From the NCBI GenBank assembly GCA_905234745.1, contig CAJOJD010000003.1:4434-68433 (forward strand): DNA of 64,000 nucleotides, in the 5' to 3' direction. A program made the position numbers and the translations under genes. Positions 10,110 to 20,244 of this stretch are shown in pieces (the first letter of the stretch is position 1; each line of letters begins with the position of its first letter). The notes beneath the pieces are model-generated. The model saw only the letters and a list, made by a program, of their open reading frames with translations. It was not told the DNA's origin and searched no databases. Source of the DNA: an uncultured Bacteroidaceae bacterium. GTDB lineage: Bacteria > Bacteroidota > Bacteroidia > Bacteroidales > Bacteroidaceae.

Positions 10110-11416
10110 AACGGCATATTTGTTTGACGGTTCTGTAATATATTGGTTTTCATCTCATTCTCCAGTTCCTTGGAGTCTATAGCCTTGCGGTATGCGTTGC
10201 GTGCCTCAAGTTCCCGACGGTTACGTTCACGCATATGGTCCAGATTGTTTTTCAGGTTCCATTGCGAGAAGAGTATGGCCACCGTTACAAGCATGAACAG
10301 GATTATGAATCCGAACATGATGGACATCTCCTGCTGTGATTTGAGGCGCTGTGCCTCAAGTCTGAGCCGTGCATTGTTAAGCTCGGCATCCAGAACAGCC
10401 ATATCCTCATTCTGAACTGCGATGTATATGGAGTCCTTGGCTGCCATAAGGCCGTTGAGTTGGCTGTAGGCATTAAGATAATCATTATCCAGGGCGTAAA
10501 TGAGATGTTTCTGACCGAAACGCTCCTTATCGGTAGCCAGAGAATCAGATTTCTGCAACGCCTCCTGCAGCCTGCCACGCGAGCGCAGCCAGCATATGTC
10601 TATCATTAACCTGGTATCTCGGTCAGTCTGAGAACGGTACAGCGGATTATGGATAAGTTCCTGATAAACGCGGTCAAAATCATCGGCCCTGTCCTGGGCA
10701 TCATAGAGATATACCTTAGTCATCAGGGTCTTGACACGCAGTGACGGATAGAAATCCTGGAACTCCTCAGCCATGGAGCAGTACTCCTCCACCTCATCGA
10801 AACGGCCCAGTTTGATAAGTTCACGGGCTATCATATTATAAATGACGGGGAGTTCCTGTTCCTCCTTGGCTTTGACGCAGTACTCTGTGGCTTTCTTGAA
10901 ATTATATACGGCCAATTCGGAGTTGGAACGGTAAGACTGTATGAGTCCTATCACTCTATGGGCATACATCTGCCCCAGACTGCTCCCTGAATTGGCCGCG
11001 GCCGATGACATACCCCGGGCCTCGAGCATGGCATCCTGGATCCGTCCCGCCATGATAAGCATACTGCAATAGTCATACATGGTCAGGAAATAGAATTCCC
11101 GCATACGGGAGTTGTAGTTTGCCATGGATTTGAGCTCACCCACAATCTCATCCACACGCTCCCTGTCATCACGAATGAACCGCGGAGGCAGTTCAAGAGA
11201 CAGTGCCAGCATCCTGATACGGGAATCATTCTTATGGACTCCGTAACGGTAAATAGTGTCTGCAAGCAGGATGTTCGACTCGTCAAACTGCCTGATACGG
11301 CCGTTCGCATATTTCAGGTACAGTTCATTGCCAACCCCAAGACGGTTACGGATCTGGGCCGATGCACAGACCGAAACGGCAATCATAAAGAGCGCGACAA
11401 TACGTTTGATACCCAT
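10106..11416 (-). CDS. Secreted helical-repeat (TPR-like) domain, single TM, cytoplasmic coiled coil; no output domain
   Basis: The preferred start gives MGIKRIVALFMIAVSVCASAQ, a signal peptide. About 350 aa of helical repeats follow, then a TM segment (IMFGFIILFMLVTVAILF) and a charged coiled-coil tail. The longer track ORF (to 11626) overlaps the HK gene. Confidence 0.5.
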   Translation of the reverse strand: MGIKRIVALFMIAVSVCASAQIRNRLGVGNELYLKYANGRIRQFDESNILLADTIYRYGVHKNDSRIRMLALSLELPPRFIRDDRERVDEIVGELKSMANYNSRMREFYFLTMYDYCSMLIMAGRIQDAMLEARGMSSAAANSGSSLGQMYAHRVIGLIQSYRSNSELAVYNFKKATEYCVKAKEEQELPVIYNMIARELIKLGRFDEVEEYCSMAEEFQDFYPSLRVKTLMTKVYLYDAQDRADDFDRVYQELIHNPLYRSQTDRDTRLMIDICWLRSRGRLQEALQKSDSLATDKERFGQKHLIYALDNDYLNAYSQLNGLMAAKDSIYIAVQNEDMAVLDAELNNARLRLEAQRLKSQQEMSIMFGFIILFMLVTVAILFSQWNLKNNLDHMRERNRRELEARNAYRKAIDSKELENEMKTNILQNRQTNMPL

Positions 11417-11427
11417 AATACTACAAA

Positions 11428-13722
11428 TCAGTTCCTGATATATGCCTTGAACGTGGAATGGAAACAACTGCCAACACCGGGCTTGCTTTCCACGCCGACC
11501 TCTCCTTCCATCTTCTCGGTAAACATCTTGGCTATGGTAAGTCCCAGTCCCACACCTGTCTTGAACATATTGTCCTTCCAGAAAATATTGAAGACCTTGC
11601 CCAGTCTGCGTTCCTCGATTCCGCATCCCGTATCATCGACCGACAGACGCACCGTCCCGTCAGCCAGGCTGTAACTCCAGCTCATCCATACGGAACCCTT
11701 CTCGGTAAACTTGAACGCATTCTTGATATACTGACCCATTATGGCCTCCACCCTGGCAGGATCTATCATTGCAAAGATGCCCTCACGTCCGGTTTCAAGC
11801 CTGAACTTCAAGCCTTTGGGAACACTATCCTTCCAATTGTCATAAATCTGTTTCATCAGCGGAGCTATCTCGGTTTCAATGGGATTCACATCCACTCTGC
11901 CACTCTCAAAACGTGAGAACTGGAGAATATCCTCGATCATCTCGCCCAGAAGGGCCGAATTCTCACGGATCAGCCCCACGATCTCCTCTCTCTCCTTGCT
12001 GTCAATCAGTCCGTCGTCGGTACTGAGCAACTGGGCGAATCCCAGAATCGCATTCAGTGGAGTACGTATCTCGTGACTGATATTCATCAGGAAGGTCTCC
12101 TTGCTGGTTATCTCCTCAGCCACAAGTGCCGCCTCGGTCATATACTCGTTGTACAGCACCGAATCATTGATGTCTATCAATATACCGGAGAGTGATTCCA
12201 AAATATCCGTACGATGTTCATCGGCATCGGTTGTGACATTAGGTCTGAACTGCCACCACTTGTAGGTTTCACCTCCGTCTCTTGAAAGACGGAAATCCTT
12301 GGTTGACAATTCTTTGCCCGATGCCAGTCTGGTCAGTATCTCGGCAAATGCATCCGAATCCTCGGGGTGCAGCATGGGTTGCAGTTCCATTAGTTCATTG
12401 GGGGATCCTATAACGATACAATCGGCATTCTGAAGTGCCATATCCAGCATTATACGCTCATTCTCCAGGTCCGACAAAGCCGTCTGCAGATCCACATCCT
12501 TTTTACGGAAAAGAAGGTACAGCACATACAGGAGCAACGCCACGAACACCAGTATATCAAAGATGATGAACATCACGAACTGAACGGGATGCTGAACGCG
12601 CCAGGGAGCATTCACTATCACGAAATCATTGCAGTAGTCATCATAATCCATATCAAGCAATTCCATGGCTCTCCAGGACATATAAGCCTTGGCCTCATGC
12701 TCCATAATGGGCAGACTGCCGGCCTCCTCTCCCTTCATGACCCGTGCCACATACGATGCCTGGTCGCGGGCAACCGTTTCATACGAGGCGAAATATCCGC
12801 ATAATGAACGGCGCGATCCGTCCGCGAAACCGTCACGTACAGCCGAGAACTGCGGTTTAAGAGTCTTACTTAGCACCTGCTCGTTTTCAATATCTCTCTT
12901 GACGGTAATGAACGGAGTCATGGTCAGACTGTTCAGGACCCTGATTCTATGGGTATGATAATCACCGTCACTACGGTAATCGTTGAGCTCCGGACAGGCG
13001 TTTGAGAATATGTTTACAAATATGGAATCCTTAAACCTCTCTGAAATCTGTTCGAGCGGGAGATCCTTTACGTGATAATCCATATTGTTCACATACGGCG
13101 GACGGTCCAGTTCGGCACGCAGACGTTCCCTGATACGCCTTTCATACTCGGTGGTATCAAGTTCCATTACGACCACATTCGGATACATGGGCAATCCGGG
13201 CACCGAAACAAGCGGAGCCATACGGACTGCTATTTCAATATTCCGCTGGAAATTGAGCAGGTCAGTACATACCGCGATATTGGAACTGCGTCTTATCAGT
13301 GTCCAGTCCGGACAACGAAGACCTGCCGCCACAACCGGAACACTGTCAACCGCAGGCAGCCATTTGCTGTACATACCTTTAAGATAAAGGCTCAGAGTGC
13401 GGTCATCAATGCAGCATATCACATCCGGAACCCAGTTCTCTTCATACAGTTTCCTGAGCGGAGCATCGAAGGCGTCAGACTGGGCAAGGTCAAGCTGACC
13501 GGCAGAGTACACGTTCCTTATATCGGCATTGATACCATTCTCCCTGAGTGACGCAGCAAACTGTGTCTCATAATTTCTGTAGTTCTGGAATATGGAGTCG
13601 TAAACAAACAGGCAAAGCACGTTGCAGTCCTTACCGTTATCACGGGCCATCCGGTCTCCGGAACAGCCTGCCATCAGCAGCAGCGGCAGCAAAACAATCA
13701 ATATGTAACGTCTTACCCTCAT
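11428..13722 (-). CDS. Sensor histidine kinase with periplasmic binding-protein-like domain
   Basis: 764 aa. It has a lipoprotein-like signal (LLMAGC), a large extracytoplasmic domain, a TM segment, a PAS-like linker, an H-box SHEIRTPLNAILGFAQLL and a G-box GVGLGLTIAKMF. There is no receiver domain. Confidence 0.85.
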   Translation of the reverse strand: MRVRRYILIVLLPLLLMAGCSGDRMARDNGKDCNVLCLFVYDSIFQNYRNYETQFAASLRENGINADIRNVYSAGQLDLAQSDAFDAPLRKLYEENWVPDVICCIDDRTLSLYLKGMYSKWLPAVDSVPVVAAGLRCPDWTLIRRSSNIAVCTDLLNFQRNIEIAVRMAPLVSVPGLPMYPNVVVMELDTTEYERRIRERLRAELDRPPYVNNMDYHVKDLPLEQISERFKDSIFVNIFSNACPELNDYRSDGDYHTHRIRVLNSLTMTPFITVKRDIENEQVLSKTLKPQFSAVRDGFADGSRRSLCGYFASYETVARDQASYVARVMKGEEAGSLPIMEHEAKAYMSWRAMELLDMDYDDYCNDFVIVNAPWRVQHPVQFVMFIIFDILVFVALLLYVLYLLFRKKDVDLQTALSDLENERIMLDMALQNADCIVIGSPNELMELQPMLHPEDSDAFAEILTRLASGKELSTKDFRLSRDGGETYKWWQFRPNVTTDADEHRTDILESLSGILIDINDSVLYNEYMTEAALVAEEITSKETFLMNISHEIRTPLNAILGFAQLLSTDDGLIDSKEREEIVGLIRENSALLGEMIEDILQFSRFESGRVDVNPIETEIAPLMKQIYDNWKDSVPKGLKFRLETGREGIFAMIDPARVEAIMGQYIKNAFKFTEKGSVWMSWSYSLADGTVRLSVDDTGCGIEERRLGKVFNIFWKDNMFKTGVGLGLTIAKMFTEKMEGEVGVESKPGVGSCFHSTFKAYIRN

Positions 13723-16154
13723 GACTGTTTATCCTTTTGAACGTTACCTGTCGGCAGGCGGAACCAGAACCGGCTCCCTTGCCCAAGTTTGCTGGTGAAT
13801 CCGTACTCACCGTTCTGCTTCTCAATTATGGAGCAGCAAATATCAAGGCCCAAACCGGTGCCCTTATAATTGCCCTTTACCATTCCAAAGCGCTCCCTTA
13901 CCACTTTGCTGTCCTCCTCGCTGATTCCTATGCCGGTATCGGCCACATAAACCTCGACCGAACCGCCGTCTTCAGTAACCAGCCAGCCCAGAGTCACAGA
14001 ACCCTGAAGCGTATATTTGAAGGCGTTGCTCAGGAAATTATTTATAACCTGGCTGGTTCGGATAGGATCAGCCATAATCATGACATCATCTCCCTGATAC
14101 GGCTCAAACTTGAACTTAAGATGCGAAGGACACAGTATCCGGTTGGTATGGTAACTGTCCTGAACCAATTTGGCCGTACTGATGAGACGCATCTTGAAAG
14201 ACATGGAATCAGTACTGTCCGCCGGTTTACGTACAGCCTCGTCAATAAGGTCCAGCAGTTGTTCGGTATTATCCCTGATAAGGTCTGCAAAAAGCGTCTT
14301 GTCCTCGGGGCTGCACTCATCGGCCAGAAGTTGGGCGAATCCTGAGATGGCATTCAGAGGAGTGCGGATATCGTGGGTTATATTTGCAATGAAATTCTCC
14401 TTTGAAATAACCTCCTCTGCCCTGACAGCCGATTCCTGCAAGGTGCGTTCAAACTCCACCACCTTGTCTATGCTGATTGCCAGACCGATGATCATATCGC
14501 CATTGTCATTCCTGCGGAACGTCACCTCCCACCAGTGCCAGACATTATCCAACAGTTTGGCGCGTATCCTCACCTTGGTCTTTTCGGATTCAGCAGGTAC
14601 TATTCCGGCACAGATGTCAAAGGACCCGTAACTTTCAGGAGCGATATTTTTTTTCCGGTATTCTTCAATCGGCCACTCATGAGTCTCCTTATCTCTCTGC
14701 GAACTGTGCAGGAAACCTATACGACCGTCCTTCACCTTGTAGAACATGGAGTCGCTGCCCTCCAGAACCAGAATACAGCGCTGTGTCTCTCTCTTAAGTA
14801 CTCCGATAGCCTCCTCACGCTTGCTGTTTCTCTTTTTGAACCTGACCGATGTCAGATACGATATCAATCCAGCCATCAGAATGACCGCCAATGAAACCAG
14901 AAGGACGAACAGCATCCTGTACTCGACATAAAACGGAACGTTGATTATGATGAACTGCTCCCTGTAGTCATTGTAGTTAAATGGCGGATCCATCTGGATC
15001 ATGGCATTCCAGTCCATGTAATAATCCTTCTGGTGGGTTTCCACAGGAATATCCACAGGTCTTTCGCCCTGCATTATCCTGATGGCAGAATGAACCTGGT
15101 CCACAATCTGGGTTTCGACACTTGCAAAATAGCCGCAGAGGAACTTGGGACGCTCGTATTCATTGAGCATGCTTTCCATCTCATCGTTTCCCAACAGGTT
15201 ACTGAAACTACCGAACTGCTCGCGGATAGCGGTAATCTGTGGCTCGCGCGTCAAGTCTATCAGACTATTGCTGAACAGGTCATACTTAACCTGAATGTGT
15301 CCCTGACGGCCCTCGAACGTATATGATTCGGCCAGGTCCGATATTCTCATCCCTTCGTTGTACTGTCCCGTGGCGGAAATTGTCGGATTATCGGGCCTGT
15401 TCCTGTCCGGATCGGCCATAGTGACGAAACTCACCACAATCCGGTCATCATGAACGGCCGACGACGGATCATTATAATGGATCCTGAATCCGGAATTGTT
15501 TATGAATACGGTAGTATCGGATATACTGCTGAAAAGTTGTTCCCTCAAATCATCCTGATAACCACCGTAGTCCAACTCCACAAGCGGACTGCCCATGAAG
15601 CCAAGGTTACGGAAAAGATTACAGTTGGCAGCCAGATCCACCGGATCACGCCATCCGGTAAGCAGCGGATAATCCTGGTGGCTGTATGATACCACAGACA
15701 CTCCGGCAAAAACAGACGGGAAGAGGCTGAACAGTGTATCTTCATGCTCCATTATGTAATGGAAAGCCAAATCGTCATTTATCAGCAGGAGATCAGGATT
15801 GTAACTGCACACTGTGTCCACAAACATATCCACGCCCGATGTGGAAACAAACGGTGTTTCCTTATGTATCAGGTCCAGGTATATATGATCGGCATGGACA
15901 TTCATCCCGTGACGCCTGAAACAACGGTCCATGTAAATTCTGAAATAACTACCCTCCTGCCCCATATCATTGTATGAATGGAGTACAAGCACGGAATACT
16001 CACGGCCTGATTTCTGGCCACCCCAGTTGTTCATACTCGAAGTCCTGTGAAGGTGGTCATGCCTGTTTACCGGATCGCATGACACAACAATCAACATCAG
16101 GCAAAGCATACCGGATAACAGAACCAGGTCCTTTTTAATTCTGGATAGTAACAT
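13719..16154 (-). CDS. Sensor histidine kinase, tandem paralog of 11428..13722
   Basis: 811 aa with the same architecture. H-box THDIRTPLNAISGFAQLL and G-box GTGLGLDICCSIIE are present. The shared LCGYFAS... segment shows the two are paralogs. Its stop overlaps the next start (ATGA). Confidence 0.85.
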   Translation of the reverse strand: MLLSRIKKDLVLLSGMLCLMLIVVSCDPVNRHDHLHRTSSMNNWGGQKSGREYSVLVLHSYNDMGQEGSYFRIYMDRCFRRHGMNVHADHIYLDLIHKETPFVSTSGVDMFVDTVCSYNPDLLLINDDLAFHYIMEHEDTLFSLFPSVFAGVSVVSYSHQDYPLLTGWRDPVDLAANCNLFRNLGFMGSPLVELDYGGYQDDLREQLFSSISDTTVFINNSGFRIHYNDPSSAVHDDRIVVSFVTMADPDRNRPDNPTISATGQYNEGMRISDLAESYTFEGRQGHIQVKYDLFSNSLIDLTREPQITAIREQFGSFSNLLGNDEMESMLNEYERPKFLCGYFASVETQIVDQVHSAIRIMQGERPVDIPVETHQKDYYMDWNAMIQMDPPFNYNDYREQFIIINVPFYVEYRMLFVLLVSLAVILMAGLISYLTSVRFKKRNSKREEAIGVLKRETQRCILVLEGSDSMFYKVKDGRIGFLHSSQRDKETHEWPIEEYRKKNIAPESYGSFDICAGIVPAESEKTKVRIRAKLLDNVWHWWEVTFRRNDNGDMIIGLAISIDKVVEFERTLQESAVRAEEVISKENFIANITHDIRTPLNAISGFAQLLADECSPEDKTLFADLIRDNTEQLLDLIDEAVRKPADSTDSMSFKMRLISTAKLVQDSYHTNRILCPSHLKFKFEPYQGDDVMIMADPIRTSQVINNFLSNAFKYTLQGSVTLGWLVTEDGGSVEVYVADTGIGISEEDSKVVRERFGMVKGNYKGTGLGLDICCSIIEKQNGEYGFTSKLGQGSRFWFRLPTGNVQKDKQS

Positions 16155-16173
16155 ATTACGGGTTAGCGTATGG

Positions 16174-16181
16174 CAAACTTA
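16174..16181 (-). promoter_or_regulatory. Candidate -7 box (TAAGTTTG on minus strand) for the kinase operon
   Basis: Plus-strand CAAACTTA lies 19 nt upstream of the ATG at 16154. No clear -33 element was found. Confidence 0.3.
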
Positions 16182-16350
16182 ACATTTTTTCATCATGCAG
16201 ACAAGACATCAATAAGGTTTTTACTACATTTACGGCATTATGAGAGAACTCCTAAGAATCAGCTTCTTCATACGGCACTTTCCAAGAATAATATGACTGA
16301 TATTTGAGGTAAAAAAGCGAACTTTGTAAAATCAGACATCAAGCTTAAGG

Positions 16351-17484
16351 ATGAAAATAATATGTGATTCACATATTCCCTTTTTGAATGGCGTACTTGA
16401 ACCGTATGCCGATGTCGTATATCTGCCAGGAGGCAGAATCACCCGCGATGACGTACTTGATGCCGATGCCCTTGTCGTCAGGACCCGAACCCGCTGTGAC
16501 GCCAATCTGCTGGAAGGGACCAAAGTGCGTTTCATAGCAACCGCGACCATAGGATTCGACCATATTGACACTGGATGGTGTGAATCAAACGGCATTGCCT
16601 GGACCAACGCCCCGGGATGCAACTCATGGTCTGTACAGCAGTATATGGGATCACTCCTGGCAAACATGTCACAACGCATGGGGTTTGACTGCAAGCAGAA
16701 GACCCTGGGCGTAGTCGGCGTCGGCAACGTAGGCAGTAAAGTCGCCCGTCTGGCGGCACTGTTGGGTTTCAGGGTGCTTCTGTGCGATCCTCCCCGTGCC
16801 AGACGTGAAGGCAGTAACGGTTTCGTTTCACTTGATGAGATAATCGGAAACTGTGACATCATAACATGTCATGTTCCGCTCACATATGACGGAGAGGATT
16901 CCACATATCACCTTTTTGACGCCGCCCGTCTGGCAGCAATGAACGGCAGCCGGATACTCATCAACACATCCCGTGGAGAGGTGGTTGACTGCAAAGCGCT
17001 CAAACAGGCGCTTAAAACCCGTTCCCTGCAGGCAGCATCATTGGATGTATGGGAAAATGAGCCCGACATAGACAAGGAACTGCTGGGCTCTCTCTTTACA
17101 GGAACTCCACACATAGCAGGTTACTCAGCCGACGGCAAGGCCACCGGCACGACAATGTGCGTTCAGGCATTTGGCCGTTTCTTTGACCTGGCCTGCCGTG
17201 ACTGGCAAGCCACAGACCTGCCTGCACCCCTGCAGCCTCTGGAATTCACAATCGATGCGGCAGACCGCAAGCCACAGGAGGTACTTGCCGATGCCATCCT
17301 TCACACCTATGACGTAATGCAGGATGATGCAGAACTCAGGGCCGACGTCTCAAGATTCGAAAGGCTCCGTTCCGAATATAAGACAAGACGTGAATTCCCT
17401 GCATTTACGGTAAAACTCCTGAATGACCCCTCAGGAAGAGCCACTGTCTTTCTAAGGGAGGCCGGTTTTGACATATCTGAATAA
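16351..17484 (+). CDS. pdxB: 4-phosphoerythronate dehydrogenase
   Basis: 377 aa. The N-terminus MKIICDSHIPFL...ALVVRTRT...IGFDHID and the NAD motif GVVGVGNVGS are typical of PdxB-type D-2-hydroxyacid dehydrogenases. Confidence 0.8.
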   Translation: MKIICDSHIPFLNGVLEPYADVVYLPGGRITRDDVLDADALVVRTRTRCDANLLEGTKVRFIATATIGFDHIDTGWCESNGIAWTNAPGCNSWSVQQYMGSLLANMSQRMGFDCKQKTLGVVGVGNVGSKVARLAALLGFRVLLCDPPRARREGSNGFVSLDEIIGNCDIITCHVPLTYDGEDSTYHLFDAARLAAMNGSRILINTSRGEVVDCKALKQALKTRSLQAASLDVWENEPDIDKELLGSLFTGTPHIAGYSADGKATGTTMCVQAFGRFFDLACRDWQATDLPAPLQPLEFTIDAADRKPQEVLADAILHTYDVMQDDAELRADVSRFERLRSEYKTRREFPAFTVKLLNDPSGRATVFLREAGFDISE

Positions 17485-17510
17485 ACTTCACAATAATATA
17501 CATTTCACAC

Positions 17511-18761
17511 ATGAAGGAATTAGGAAAATACTCATTCGGCATTGGTGACCGTTTCTCACATGAAGGCAATGCCCAGCTCTCTGCCCTTACAGAAGCATAT
17601 ATAAAATATGGTATAAACTTCGTTCCCGTCTGGAACAAGTCCAATCGCGAACATCAGATTGTAAACACCAGTCCGGCCGATACCCGCCGCGAGGCCGATG
17701 ACGCCGTCAATTCTCTGGGTTACGGACAGCCCTATTTCGTTGATGCCGACCACATTAACATGAGCAATGTAGACAAGTTTACAAGTGTTTCCGATTTCTT
17801 TACAATTGATGTGGCTGACTACATAGGCAGGTCCGCCGCCAAAGAGGATATTGCCGCATTCACCGACAGCAACCTCAAGTATGTCGGAAACCTGATTGTT
17901 CCGGGCATCGGCCAGCCCTTCAGGATAGATCGGGAACTCATCGGGCAGATGGCCTCCAAATACCTGTTCGCCGTACAGGAGGCAGGCCGCATTTATCGGC
18001 ACATAGCAGAGAATAGAGGAGGCGATGATTTTGTCACCGAGGTATCGATGGATGAGGTTGACTCTCCCCAGACTCCCATTGAGATATTCTTCATACTGAG
18101 CGCTCTGGCGCAGGAAGGCGTTCCCGCCCAGACCATAGCCCCCAAGTTTACCGGCCGTTTCAACAAGGGCGTGGACTATGTAGGTGATACCGCACAGTTT
18201 GAGAAAGAGTTCCGCGAGGACCTTCTGGTGATTGATTTCGCCGTCAGGGAGTTCGGCCTGCCCCAGGGGCTCAAGCTGAGCATCCATTCCGGCAGCGACA
18301 AGTTCTCAATCTACCCCATCATGGGCCGTCTTATCCGTAAGTATGACAAGGGCATACATATCAAGACCGCCGGCACCACATGGCTGGAGGAGAACATCGG
18401 ACTGGCTTTGGCCGATGAAAACGCGCTCAATCTGGCCAAGAAGATAGCAATCTCGGCTCTGGGACGTATGGAAGAGCTTTGCGCACCCTACGCTACCGTG
18501 ATTGACATCAACCCCGCAAACCTGCCCACGGCAGAGCAGATAGCGTCTTGGAGCGGCACGGAGTATGCACGTGCACTGCGCCACAACCGTCAGGACGAAC
18601 TGTACAATCCTGATTTCCGCCAGCTGGTACATGTAAGTTACAAGATAGCCGCCGAACTGGGCACCGAGTACTATGATGCGCTGGAACGCAACAGCAGCGT
18701 CATAGCGGCCCAGGTAAAGGAGAACATACTTGAGAGGCATATAGCCCGTCTGTTTGAATAA
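17511..18761 (+). CDS. Tagaturonate/fructuronate epimerase (UxaE)-like protein
   Basis: 416 aa. The YSFGIGDRF and HSGSDKFS motifs are recalled from the UxaE family, and the gene sits immediately upstream of uxaC. This is a family call from memory only. Confidence 0.5.
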   Translation: MKELGKYSFGIGDRFSHEGNAQLSALTEAYIKYGINFVPVWNKSNREHQIVNTSPADTRREADDAVNSLGYGQPYFVDADHINMSNVDKFTSVSDFFTIDVADYIGRSAAKEDIAAFTDSNLKYVGNLIVPGIGQPFRIDRELIGQMASKYLFAVQEAGRIYRHIAENRGGDDFVTEVSMDEVDSPQTPIEIFFILSALAQEGVPAQTIAPKFTGRFNKGVDYVGDTAQFEKEFREDLLVIDFAVREFGLPQGLKLSIHSGSDKFSIYPIMGRLIRKYDKGIHIKTAGTTWLEENIGLALADENALNLAKKIAISALGRMEELCAPYATVIDINPANLPTAEQIASWSGTEYARALRHNRQDELYNPDFRQLVHVSYKIAAELGTEYYDALERNSSVIAAQVKENILERHIARLFE

Positions 18762-18777
18762 CAAAAAAACCGATTAT

Positions 18778-20181
18778 ATGAAACCGTTCATTCACGAGAA
18801 TTTCCTGCTGCAGAACGAGACTGCAGTGCATCTTTTTCACGATCACGCAAAGAAACTGCCCATCATAGACTACCACTGCCACCTCAACCCGCAGGAGGTA
18901 GCCGAGGACCACAGGTTCCGTTCCATAACCGAGCTGTGGCTGGGAGGCGACCATTACAAATGGCGTGCCCTGCGAACCAACGGAGTGGCCGAGAAATACA
19001 TCACCGGTGATGCATCTGACTGGGACAAGTTCCAGAAATGGGCCGAGACCATGCCCTACTGCATGCGTAACCCGCTCTATCATTGGACGCACCTGGAACT
19101 CAAGACCTGTTTCGGAATAGAAAAAGTCCTGAATCCCGACACCGCGAAGGAGATATATGACGAGTGCAACGAGAAGCTGGCCAGCCCGGAGTTCAGTGCC
19201 CGTAACCTGATGCTGCACTACAACGTTGAGGCTGTATGTACCACCGATGACCCCGTAGATTCACTGGAGTACCACAAGCAGGTACGTGAAAGCGGATTCA
19301 AGGTAAAGGTTCTGCCCACATGGCGTCCCGATATGGCCATGACAGTAGAGAACCCCGCAGCCTACCGCGACTACATTGACAGACTGGCCAAGGTGAGCGG
19401 AGTTAGCATAAACTGCTTTGACGATATCGTAAAGGCACTGCTGGTACGTCACAAGTACTTTGAGCAGATGGGTTGCCGCCTGAGCGACCACGGAATGGAG
19501 GAGTTCTATGCCGATGACTTCACAACCGCCGAGTTGGATGCCATATTCGCCAAAGTATACGGAGGCAAAGAGCTAACCGAGCCGGAGATACGCAAGTTCA
19601 AGAGCGCCATGCTCATTGAGTTCGGCAAGATGGACGCCGACACCGGCTGGACTCAGCAGTTCCATTACGGAGTTATCCGCAATCAGAACACCAAGATGTT
19701 TAAGCTTATCGGCAAGGACACCGGATTTGACTCAATGTCACAGGTAATGACCGCCAAGGCCATGAACCGTTATCTGGACCGGCTGAACAGCATGGACAAA
19801 CTCACCAAAACCATCATCTACAACCTGAACCCCAGCGATTTCGAGATGGTAGGCACCACGATAGGCAACTTCCAGGACGGAAGCGTACCCGGCAAGATAC
19901 AGCTTGGAGCCGGCTGGTGGTTCCTGGACCAGAAGAACGGAATGGAGCAGCAAATGCAGGTTCTGAGTATGCTGGGACTGCTTTCACGTTTTGTCGGAAT
20001 GCTTACTGACAGCCGTTCGTTCGTATCTTACGCACGCCACGAGTATTTCCGCCGCTTACTGTGCAATCTGATAGGAAACGATGTGGAAAAAGGCGAAATT
20101 CCGGTTAGCGAGATGCCCCGCATCGAACAGATGGTGGAGGACATATCGTACTTTAACGCAAAAAATTTCTTTAAATTCTGA
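18778..20181 (+). CDS. uxaC: Glucuronate isomerase
   Basis: 467 aa from the ATG at 18778. It reads MKPFIHENFLLQNETAVHLFHDHAKKLPIIDYHCHL, the canonical UxaC N-terminus. The track start at 18754 is a TTG that overlaps the upstream gene. Confidence 0.92.
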   Translation: MKPFIHENFLLQNETAVHLFHDHAKKLPIIDYHCHLNPQEVAEDHRFRSITELWLGGDHYKWRALRTNGVAEKYITGDASDWDKFQKWAETMPYCMRNPLYHWTHLELKTCFGIEKVLNPDTAKEIYDECNEKLASPEFSARNLMLHYNVEAVCTTDDPVDSLEYHKQVRESGFKVKVLPTWRPDMAMTVENPAAYRDYIDRLAKVSGVSINCFDDIVKALLVRHKYFEQMGCRLSDHGMEEFYADDFTTAELDAIFAKVYGGKELTEPEIRKFKSAMLIEFGKMDADTGWTQQFHYGVIRNQNTKMFKLIGKDTGFDSMSQVMTAKAMNRYLDRLNSMDKLTKTIIYNLNPSDFEMVGTTIGNFQDGSVPGKIQLGAGWWFLDQKNGMEQQMQVLSMLGLLSRFVGMLTDSRSFVSYARHEYFRRLLCNLIGNDVEKGEIPVSEMPRIEQMVEDISYFNAKNFFKF

Positions 20182-20244
20182 TTATTATTTTAACTTTGCC
20201 GCTAACCTGATATACTAACCTTAATAGAGGTAATTAATTGCTAT

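Noticed and set aside
11417-11626. N-terminal extensions offered by the ORF track (10106..11626, 8701.., 48144.., 50950.., 2990.., 18754.., 37752.., ..50934, ..41405, 31972..)
   Set aside because: The extensions overlap the preceding gene or a candidate promoter box, often start at TTG, and encode non-signal junk ahead of a good signal peptide or a conserved N-terminus. An internal ATG was chosen instead.
14647-14654. Homopolymer T8 (A8 on the coding strand) inside the first histidine-kinase gene as a possible slipped-strand phase-variation site
   Set aside because: The reading frame is intact, it encodes RKKN, and a single 8-nt tract is short. Without population or read-level length variation there is no support.
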